Below are positions 54,014-64,000 of a stretch of DNA of 64,000 nt, piece after piece. Location: the NCBI RefSeq assembly GCF_009914755.1, contig NC_060933.1; one strand, 5' to 3'. The stretch comes from the human T2T-CHM13v2.0 reference genome, Homo sapiens. The translations under genes were made by a program, and so were the position numbers. Below the pieces are notes generated by a model. That model had not been told where the DNA came from. It saw nothing but the letters and a program-made list of their open reading frames with translations, and did not search any database. How positions within the stretch are numbered: position 1 is the stretch's first letter; the number at the start of each line of letters is the position of its first letter.

Positions 54014-54892
54014 CAGTACTGAACTATGGCTTTACATTTATTTATTTTTTCATTTTTGTCGGTATGTAATAGGTGTTGGCTTTTCATTTATTTCCAGAAT
54101 AAGTAAAGTTTGAGATACAAATGCATCCTTTCTTATATCTAATAAATTATTTTTCATTCATGAGTTTCTTTTGAAAAAATCCACTACAGCAGAATTATGC
54201 TTCAGGTTCCTACCATTGATGTCATAGTTACAGTAGTCCTGCCTTATCCACAGTTCCACTTCCCATGGTTTCAGTTATCCATGGGAAACTGTGGTCAAAA
54301 ATATTATATGGAAAATTCCAGAAATAAACAATTCATAACTTTTAAATGGTGTGGTTTTCTGAGTACTGTGATGAAATCTTGTGTGATCTGCTCTGTCCTG
54401 CCTGGGCTGTGAATCATTTCTTTGTCTGGTGTATCTACACTCTATGTACTACCCACCCATTTGTCATTTAGTAGCTCATCCTAAGAACCTGGTTAGGGTT
54501 TGGTACATCAGTGATTTCAGGCCTTCTCTGTGGGTCTTGAAATGTATCCCCCATGAATAAGTGGGGACTACTGTATGAGGTCTTTTTCTTATAAAAACTC
54601 TCAGTTGTTTAAAAAGCTTTGGTCTTTGGTTAAATGTTTCCTCGAAGTTGTTATATTCATGATCATCCTTTTGACTCGCTTTTTCTTGTAATCTGGATAT
54701 ACTGGTGTTTCTCAAACTGGTCATCAAATTCGAGTTCTTCTAATGTGAAGTATTAGGAACCATCATTTGAAAAAAAATTCTAACATCATATGATGACATT
54801 ATTTTGTTTTTCAGAAATTCTCTGCTTTGGAGTGGATGCTCTGACTTCAGATATAGTATCCAGGATTAAGTAGAAGATATTATCTCTTTCCT
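54014..54892 (-). other. Degenerate KRAB-ZNF spacer, now 5' UTR of the ZNF883 last exon
   Basis: Acceptor tgtatttcag|AG at 54893. Relic peptides STPKQRISE and HEYNNFEETFNQRPKLFKQLRVFIRKRPH|NYDINGRNLKHNS are broken by stops, frameshifts and MER44. Confidence 0.65.
54231..54573 (+). mobile_element. MER44A-like TcMar-Tigger DNA transposon
   Basis: TIRs cagtagtcc...ggactactg, TA TSDs (54229-30, 54574-75), internal ggaaaattccagaaataaacaattcataa. Confidence 0.88.
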
Positions 54893-55028
54893 CTGAAATA
54901 CAAAGGCAGAAAACAAGGCTCATTCATCAGTTACAGAAAATAAAATAGTGCTATGATAAAATGTAAAGTTTTTCAATATAAGTGCTGATTAATAGGGAAG
55001 TTTAAAGGTGAAATGGAACAATATATAT

Positions 55029-55896
55029 GTCTGGAAAACAGTTTCTCTACTCACAACATTTCTGACAAATTGTATAGCCACAGCCTATTCTTCTCTATAA
55101 CTCATACTTAACACACTTCTGTGTGCAAATGTGTGGGGTTGTTTCCATTCTGACCAATTCTCCAACTCTCTGGACACCAACTAGATATCCTACAATTTAC
55201 TCTAATTCCAACACTACCTACCTGGAGTAAGCATCATATCCCTCAAGTTAAAGGGCTCAGTCCCACAAGACTGCCTCCACTTCAGATGATAATCACAAGC
55301 TGGTCCTCCCATACTTCTGACCAACTGGCTACAAGTTGAGGGTTCCTATAACCCCTCTTTCTCTGGTTCAATAATTTGCTAGAATGGCTCACAGAACTCA
55401 GGAAAACACTTTACTTACATTTACCAGTTTATTATAAAGGATACAATTCAGGAGAAGCCATTCAGGAAGAGATGCACAGGGCAAGGTGGGCAGAAGGGAA
55501 AGGGGTATAGAGCTTCCACATCATCTCTGGGCATGCGACACTTCCAGCACCTTGATGTGTAGACCAATCTAGAAGGTCATCAAATATCACTGTTTAAGAA
55601 TTTGTATAGAGCTTAATCTCCATCCCCATACCTTCCTTCCCAGAGGTTAGTTGGGTGGAGTTGAAAGTTATAACCCTCTAGTTGCTTGGTCTTTTTAGTG
55701 ATCAGATCCACTATTGAGGCTATCTAGGGGCCCTACCCTATTTCACCTCATCCACATAAACTCAAGTATGATTTTTTAAAAAGGTGTATTATGAACAACA
55801 AAAGATATTCCTATCACTCAGGAAATCTGGAGGGCTTTCAAAGCTCTGTGACAAGAATTGGAAACAAAGACCAGATATGTTTTGTATGATATCACA
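55029..55896 (-). mobile_element. MER21-family LTR
   Basis: agggctcagtcccacaagactgcc, gaactcaggaaaacactttacttacatttaccagtttattataaagg. Confidence 0.75.
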
Positions 55897-57433
55897 ATAG
55901 TTGTGATAAAAGAAATGGTAGCTTTGAGACAAAGTACATAATAAAATCAAGGGTAAAGATTCAGTAAAATAAATGTTGTGAATAAAAGACAATGAAACTA
56001 ATTCAAATGTATGTATGTTTTTGGAAACCAGAGGCAAAAAACCAGAAAAGTGAAATGGGATCAGATAATAAAAAACTCTCACACTTTAAACAGAGAAATT
56101 CAATGTCATCTAGCAGGAGACAGGAAAACTGAAGTTTTCTGTCAGAACATTAACAGGATAAATATATCTTAGATGTGATGTTTTAGATTAAAAGCTTGTT
56201 AATTCTGTGTAAAATGAATAAAAGAACAATGGTCAAACTTAGCAAGAAAGTATAATATGAAAGATATGAGCCTGGATTGGGAGAATACTAGTAAGAACTT
56301 GGTGTAAGTGTAGATAAGACATAAAAAAGAAGAAACAAAAAATGCTGAAATAGATTATAGGGAATTTTTACAAAACAAGATTCATAAAGATACAATGTTT
56401 TCTAGCCAAGGAGGCTGGAAGAATAGTGGTACTAATGATAAAGAAAGAGAGGCTACCCAGGGCAAGTTGGTGATTTTGCTTTCACCATATTGAGGTTAAA
56501 GTGTTTTAAAGTGAAGTAGGACATTCTAATGGAGATAAGCTCTAAGCAGGGGAATATATGGGGATAATAGAATATAAGTGAAACACTTAAGTTGAAAAAA
56601 TATATAAGACAGTTAACATGGAAGGACTATTTGAGGATATCAGAATGCACTAATTTTTTGAGATAAAAATAAGTAAAAAAACCATAAAGGCACATGCATT
56701 TACGTTAGGGAGCAAGTGAAGTTAACAAAAAAGCATTTGGAAAGAGATTAGAATGGAAAAGAATCTGGTGATGTCACACAAGGTAAAACAAAATACCAAA
56801 CACAGCAGAAAGTCTGAACAGAGAAAGGACTAAGAACAGGTTGCTATAAAGAAAGAATTCAAGAATCTCTTCAAAATAATTTTAGCAGAAGACAAGAATC
56901 TAACTCCAAAGATTAAAAGAGAATAGGAACTTAGGATATTAGCTACAAGTCTGAAACATTTGGTAATGACAGAATAATTTTGAAAGGTAGATAAAAAATT
57001 TTTAGGCAACATGTTATTTTAAAAGCAAGAAAACCTTTTTAATGTCTGAAAGTAGAAGGAAAGGAGCTGGTGAACGGCAGAGAATGAATCATAAAACAGT
57101 CATTAAATCAGGCCCTAAAACAAGTAGAAAATAATGGAATCTGATGTACAGAATGGAAAGATTAACAATGGAAGGGGCCAATCTTCCTCTGAGATCAAGA
57201 GATATGTGAGAAGATAGATAAAGGTATATAGAAATGAAGTTGCTGTTGCTTCTACTAGATGAATGCAGGTTTTTAAAATACAGACGAGGGGCTCTGCATA
57301 GAGGACCTTAACCAACATTTCAAAAGCTATCTCCTAGTACCACTATTGTTACTAGCACCACCATAATGGATAAATGGACTCTTATTTACAAGGATTCCTG
57401 TCTTCTTGGTTGTTTTAGTTATCTGATTCTTTC

Positions 57434-57521
57434 CTGGCTGATATTTTGTGACATTTCTCCATTTTTCCTTTGTTATCTATTTATATGGTTCTTCTTAGTT
57501 GGAAGATAATATCAATGGATC
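57434..57521 (-). pseudogene. Probable fossil KRAB-B exon
   Basis: ttctag|G...GAT ATT ATC TTC CAA CTA (DIIFQL)...GAA GAA CCA TAT (EEPY)...GEMSQNISQ. Ends CCAG|GAAAGA (donor GT->GA), 226 nt after the KRAB-A remnant. Confidence 0.55.
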
Positions 57522-57747
57522 CTAGAATTATGTCCTAAGTAGTCTTCAGGAATTCTGCGATAGAGAAATGTTGATACTTCTAAGGTAACAAAGTAAGACT
57601 ATTTACAAAGTTTTAAAGAAAAGGACTATCATCTGTTTAGTACAGAAATATCTTGTCTCTGGTCCCTAAACTCAAAGCTCAGTCTCAGATGAACACTTGT
57701 AAATCTCATGATCCTACATATTTTGGCATTGGAGAAACTGTACTCAC

Positions 57748-57827
57748 CCAATGAGATGAGGCTGTAACAGTTTTTGAAGATCACATCCATGTGCCATGTC
57801 TCTGACATCTTCCAATGCCACGGGTTC
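57748..57827 (-). pseudogene. Fossil KRAB-A exon (80 nt, internally deleted)
   Basis: ttttag|GAA CCC GTG GCA TTG GAA GAT GT (EPVALEDV) ... ATG GAT GTG ATC TTC AAA AAC TGT TAC AGC CTC ATC TCA TTG G|GTGAGT (MDVIFKNCYSLISLG), versus consensus EPVTFEDV...RDVMLENYxNLVSLG. Confidence 0.82.
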
Positions 57828-58462
57828 CTAAAACATCAAACAAGTACCTGCTCATTAAAGGATCAGTCCTGCAGACATTTACGAAAGAAACAGTAAAGCT
57901 AACAATTAAAAATGACAAAGTGGAGGACTATTAAGTTGTTCGAAAAGGATTCAGAGTTCTAGGTTCAAGAGTGGCCAAAAGTTTATTATTTGATGTCTAC
58001 TACTTGTTTAGGATATACAGAAGCAATACGGAAGTTTCCCTATAAAGACACCTAAAACAATAATGGTGATTTAAAAAGCTAAGAAAATATTGCAGCCAAT
58101 AGAAGCCTAAGGAGAAAATATAACTAAATGTAACATGGTATCTTGAATGAGATCAGAGAGTAGAAAAATGACACTACATAAATACTAAAAAAATTTTAAT
58201 GAAATACTACAGTTAATAATAATGTACCAACCTTGGCTAACTGTGACAAATGTACCAAACTAACATAAGATGTTGACAGTAGGGAAAACTGGCTATGGGG
58301 ATGTGGGAACTCTCTGTAATATATCTGTAAATTTTACGCAAATCTAAAACTATTCTAAAATAAGTTTATTAATAAAAGCAAAAGATACCTTATTTTTAAG
58401 TTAATCTCCTATTCAACTATTTTCTTACAGCTTGTTTTTCTTTTAATCATCATTTAGCCATG

Positions 58463-58834
58463 TGCTATATTCTAAATGAATCTCCCAAAGGCACATGTTG
58501 AAACTTAATTGCCAATGCGATAATATTAAGAGGTGGAGGCCTTCGGGAGGCGATTAAGTCATGAGTGTAGAGCCTTCATGGAAGGGATTAAGGACCTTAT
58601 AAAAAGGCTTGAGGGAGTGGGTTTGTTCCCTTCCATGTTTTCTGCCATGTAAGGATACAGTGTTCACTGCAACAAGGCACCATCCTGAAGCATAGACTGA
58701 GCCTTCACTAGACAACAAACCTGTTGGCACCATGATCTTGAACTTCAAGCCTCCAGAACTGTGATAAATAAATTTCTGTTCTTTATAAATTGCCCTGTCT
58801 CAGGTATTTTGCTATAGCAGCACAAACTAAGACA
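58463..58834 (+). mobile_element. MST/MLT1A-type MaLR LTR
   Basis: tgttgaaacttaattgccaatg...cagcacaaactaagaca; TSD ccatg/ccttg. Confidence 0.8.
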
Positions 58835-58839
58835 CCTTG

Positions 58840-59194
58840 TGATATGATTTTGCTGTGTCCCCACCCAAATCTCACCTGGAATTGTCCCCACACGTCAAGG
58901 ATTGGGCCAGGTGGAGATAACTGAATCATGGGCGCAGTTTCCCCCATACTGTTCTCATGGTAGTGAATAACTCTTATGAGTTCTGATGGTTTTATAAATG
59001 GGAGTTCCTCTGCCTGCATAAGCTCTCTCTTGCCCACCACCATGTAAGAAGTCCCTTTGCTCTTCCTTCGTCTTCTGCCATGATTATGAGGCCTTCCCAG
59101 CTTGCTGAACTGGGAGTCCATTAAACCTCTTTCCTTTATAAATTACCCAGTCTTGGCTATGTTTTTATTAGCAGCATGAGAATGGACTAATACA
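58840..59194 (+). mobile_element. THE1 (MaLR) solo LTR
   Basis: tgatatgattttgctgtgtccccacccaaatctca...ggactaataca; TSD CCTTG. Confidence 0.9.
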
Positions 59195-59656
59195 CCTTGT
59201 TTTATGTTTTACTTCCTGATGATGCAGTTTATGTAGTCCTTTTCATATATCAGATATTCAATAGAAGCTTATCTCTTAAAAATGAGTATAGGGGCTTATG
59301 TGACTTAAGCGGTCTAACATATAAGTGGAGTCTCAAAAAAAAAAAAAAGAATGGAAATGATGCTATATTTAAGGGAATAAGGATAGATTTTTCCCAACCA
59401 ATGACTCACAGATTCCACTGCCCTCAAACCATAAGCAAGCTAAATACAAAGAAAGCTACACCCAGGAATAGAATAGTCAAACTCCTGAAAATCACAGAAA
59501 AGGAGAACAATCTTAAAAGTAATTTAACAAAAGGGCAGAGTAACTTCAAAGCAGAAACAATAAGACTGCTGACTCCTCAGCAGTTCAAGAGAATCAACTG
59601 AAAAGCCATGTTTCTGGATGAGAAGACTTAATATTGTAAAGATGTTAATTCTCCCC

Positions 59657-60116
59657 TGTTGTGGGTTGAATTGTGTCCCTCCAAAAAAGGTATGTTGTAA
59701 TCCTAACAGTACCTCAGAATGTGACCTTATTTGGAAACAGGATCACTGCAGATGTAATTAGTTAAGGTGAGTTCACACTGGAATGGGGTGGGCTCCTAAT
59801 CCAGTATGGCTGGTGCCCTTTTAAGAAGACGGTCACGGGAAGACCCACAGACACACACACAGAAAGTCATGTGATGAAAGAGCAGAGAACAGAGTTACGC
59901 AGCTGAAAGCTGAGGAATACCAAAGATTTCCAGCAAACCACCTGAAGCTAGGGAGAAGCAAAGAATGATTTTCCTACAGGTTTCAGAGGCAGGATGACCT
60001 TGCTGACAGCTTGATTTTGGAATTCTAGCCTCAGAACTGTGAGATAATAAATTTATATTGTTTTAAGTTACCCAATTTGTGGCACATTGCTAGGGCAGTG
60101 CTAGGAGACAAATGCA
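59657..60116 (+). mobile_element. MLT1C-like LTR
   Basis: tgttgtgggttgaattgtgtcc...gaatgtgaccttatttggaaa. Confidence 0.8.
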
Positions 60117-60141
60117 TACTCCAACTTAACTGACTAAACTT

Positions 60142-60501
60142 TAGCTAAGAACTAAATGTTTGTGTCCTCTCAAAATTCATATGTTGAAATTTTAACCCCT
60201 GAGGTAATAGTATTAGGTGAGGCCTTTGGGAGGTAATTAGGTCATGATGATGGAGGCCTCACCAATAGGATTAGTGCACTTGTAAGAGGAAACATGAGAG
60301 AAATGATCTTTCTCTTTGCCATGTGAGGAAACAATAAGATGGCCATCTGTAAACCAGGAAGAGGGCTTTCAACAAGAACCTGACAATGATGGCACTCTGA
60401 TTTTGGATTTCCAGACTCCAGAACTATGAGAAAGAAATGTTTGTTGTTTAAGCCACCCAGTCTACAGTATTCTGTTACAGTAGCCCAAACTATCTAAAAC
60501 A
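60142..60501 (+). mobile_element. MLT1A-like LTR
   Basis: aaattcatatgttgaaat...ttaagccacccagtcta. Confidence 0.78.
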
Positions 60502-61320
60502 CCTATATAATACATGAAAAAAGACGAGGATTGAGGGTGGGGACTTGCCCATACTAGATATCCAAACATATTCTATAGCTACATTAATTTTAAAACAGGG
60601 TGGTAGTGGCACAGGGATAGACTGAAAGAATAATAAAACTGAGTCTAGAAATAGGCCCTTTATTTTGTGGGGATTTAATATATGATAAAGGTAGCATTTC
60701 AAATTATTTGAGGAAGGATAAAAATTTAATAAATAATCTTAGGATAACTGGTTTATCCACTTAGGGAAAAAATAAATTCAAAGCTGCTGCCTTATGAAAA
60801 ATAATTATAGGTGAATTAAAAACTTAAACATAAAACTAGAACTATAAAAGAGCCAGGAAAACTATTGCAAGAATATTTTTTATAATCTTGCAATGGGGAA
60901 ATCCTTAATAAAATATAAAATCTAGAGGCTATATAGAAAAAGATTCACAGATTTGACTATACAAACAGAAGGCAATCAACTAAATTAAAAGACAAAAGAC
61001 ATATTGGGAGTAAATATTTGCAACTAATAAAGCAAAAAGGACCATTTTCTGTATTATATATAGTTTCTACAAATCAAATAGGAAAAATGTATAATGCAAT
61101 ACAAATCTGGGCAAAAGATATGAATAGGAAATTCACAAAAGAAATACAAACGATCAATATACAAAAAGATTTTCAAGCTCACTTCTAATCCCAGAAATAC
61201 AAATTAAGATATCAATTTTCATTCATCAGATTGGCAAAAATGTCAAAAACAGGCAGTATTCAGTACTGTTTTAAGTATTGGGAAAATGGCTGCTCTCATA
61301 TACTCTTAGTGGAAAAGGTT
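60500..61320 (+). mobile_element. Old L1M ORF2 3' fragment
   Basis: Degenerate L1 ORF2 blocks (gggacttgccc, ggataactgg, gggcaaaagatatgaatagg). Confidence 0.65.
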
Positions 61321-61691
61321 TATTTATTTGTATTTACTTATTATAAAGTCACATTACAACCAGACCAGGTTCATGACAAATTACCTTTGAGTCATAAACA
61401 TTGTTAATAATAGTTATATTACCTGCAAAAATGAACTCACAGAACCTTGTACTTTTCCTCTCACTACATCATTACATTCATTGTACGTCAATATTCTACT
61501 TCCAATGTCTGTCTGCCTTCCTAGGCTATTAGCTTCTTGAGAACAGGACAGTCCTCTTCTCTCCTGACAGTTACTCTTCTGTCCTCAGTGCCACCCACAG
61601 AACCTGGTATTCACTATGCATCCAGTAAATATTACTTGAATGAGTGCATGAACAGACTTCTCTTGATTCCCAATTCTGTAGTCTTTGTATC

Positions 61692-62335
61692 TGAGATAGG
61701 AATTCAGCAGGACTAGTTTACAAGACAATGAGTCATATGACACCACTGGTAAGACAGGAGAAAGTAAACAACAGGTAACAAGATCCTGCCAATAAGAGGC
61801 ATACAGTAAAGAAACCAGCCTATTTCTCTAAAAGTTCAAGCATGAAAAATTAAAAAAAAAAAAGAAACCAGCCTAAACCAGCTAGAATCAAGATGACAAC
61901 AAAAGCGACCTTCCCTGCTCATTATACACTAATTATAATATATTAGCATGCTAAAAAACATGCCCACCAGAGCCATGACAGTTTACAATTGCCATGGCAA
62001 TGCCCAAAGTTACCCTGTATGGTTTGGACAGGGAAACCCCCAGTTCCAGGAGCACCCCCTCTTCCCAGAAAACTCATGAGTAATCGACCCCTTGTTTAGC
62101 ATATAATCATGAAATAGTCATAAAATAGCCAGCTAACAACCCCTGCTCCCCATGCTACTATACATATGGGGTGGCCCTGCTCTGCCTATGGAGTAGCCAC
62201 CCTTTTATTTTACTTTTTAATAAACTTGCTTACACTTTACTCTGTCGGCTTGCTCTGGAGTTCTTTCCTGCACAAAGCCAAGACCCCACTTGGCCTCCCG
62301 GGCTAAGCCTCAGTTTTGGAGTTCACCTTGTGATA
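61692..62335 (+). mobile_element. MER41-family ERV1 solo LTR
   Basis: cccaccagagccatgacagtttacaa, cccttgtttagcatataatc, ctatggagtagcca; AATAAA at about 62219; TSD TATC. Confidence 0.85.
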
Positions 62336-62667
62336 TATCTGTAACATGCTTCTACTTAAACCTGCTATCTTAAAGAAGTAGGATTCAAGTCATTAGTGTT
62401 TTTCCTGTATCAACAGTCCATGAATCTGTCCAAATTACCTTATTGCCATATAAACTTCAGAATTTGATAGGATTTGGGTACCTATCTAATACCCAAATAC
62501 CATCTAATCTGTCTCTCTTCTTCTACAGCTAAGCCATTATTAACTATATTTTTCAAATCAAAATTTATTGAATACCTTCTAACTGCAAAGTAAGGTTAAT
62601 GCTTCTTGTGGCTAGATTTTATCTTTCTGAGCAAAGACTATGGTAATTTTTTAAAAAAAAAAATCTT

Positions 62668-62970
<303 letters not shown>

Positions 62971-64000
62971 TTAGTAGGGTACCCCTGACGGGGTAGATGT
63001 TTTAATGAACACTCAACGATTAATGTTCTGCAAGCTATTTATTCTTTCATCAGTTTAGTTTCAGCAGCCTGCCTGTCAGAATTCTAAACTACACTTCTGC
63101 TAGTATTGCTGAATCTGTGAGGTTTCTTGGTCACAGTAGCCAGATAGAACTCATGACTAACTCCCCAAAATATGACTGGAGACCCTGTCTTACCTACTTC
63201 TTAGTATACTGGTGACCTGACAGTTGTTATTTAAAAACCCTGTGGTTACTATGTTCTCAACTCATAATGATCCCTGTAATCAGCCAGGCAAAATTAGCTG
63301 TGAGTATCCTAATCTTTGCCACATCCCTCAGGCCATCCAACTGTAAGTTCCTTTCTCTTTCAAGGCTGACTCTGATGTTGTTAGAACAGTAAAGACAGAA
63401 AATAAAAACGAGTGCCAGATGCTAGAGCTTCTTGCTCTCTAAACCTCACAAATGATGTCATAATGTCAGTGCATTTGAGTTAGAAAGAGGTTCAGGAAAC
63501 ATTAAGGCAAATTTCTTCAGTTTGCCCAGGACACACCTCAAGCCAACAGTAATGAACTGACTTGCCTAAGGTCACCCAATTAGCCACTGGCAGAGCTAGG
63601 ACTATAGCCTCTCCCCTATTCTCGAGTTCAGCATTATTTCTCTCCATTTAAAAATGGTCCAAACACTATTTCTGAAAAGAAAAAGAAGGAAAAGGAGAAA
63701 AATTTCAAATTATTAGTCAAATTCATAGAGGGAAAATTTTTCTGCATCACCGGGACAGCATTTTGTACAAAGATTTTCTTGAAAGGGCAATGAGCCATTC
63801 AAATGACCCTGAGTCCTTCTAAAGACATAAATTCTTCATAAATTAAAATTTTAATGATTATCATAAGAATGTATTAGTTTTTAATCAGGTAGTTAAGTGT
63901 AAACATTTTAAGTGGAAAGCCTCATGTTTACACATGCAAATTACTGCCTATAAAGCATATTCTCTTTAATTTACTAATGACACAAGAAAATGTACAAAAC

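Noticed and set aside
53161-54022. Alternative-frame and antisense ORFs over ZNF883
   Set aside because: Shadows of the periodic zinc-finger codons

Overview
Primate (almost certainly human) genomic DNA, dense in repeats: about 20 Alus, several L1s, MaLR/ERV solo LTRs and DNA transposons. It matches the 9q32 MUP-pseudogene/ZNF883 interval, identified from the sequence and from memory rather than a database search. Two genes lie on the minus strand. (1) A complete 7-exon major urinary protein/salivary lipocalin gene (about 13460-18094; MUPP). Its reading frame reconstructs to an uninterrupted 185 aa. It is disabled by a GT->AT change at the intron 2 donor (17417), and a probable CAG->TAG change hides an ancestral C-terminal tail. 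(2) An intact 379-aa, 13-finger C2H2 ORF (ZNF883, 52874-54013). It is the surviving core of a decayed KRAB-ZNF gene: fossil KRAB-A and KRAB-B exons lie upstream, a MER44 transposon splits the old spacer, and dead fingers flank the ORF. Other unusual structures are a ~293-bp inverted duplication inserted into an MST LTR, a ~38-bp orphan retro-insertion with 15-bp TSDs, a twin-primed L1, an internally deleted L1 with templated filler, and a very young AluY. No prokaryote-type systems, rRNA, tRNA or CRISPR arrays were seen. Repeat subfamily names are by-eye calls and many repeat ends are approximate.
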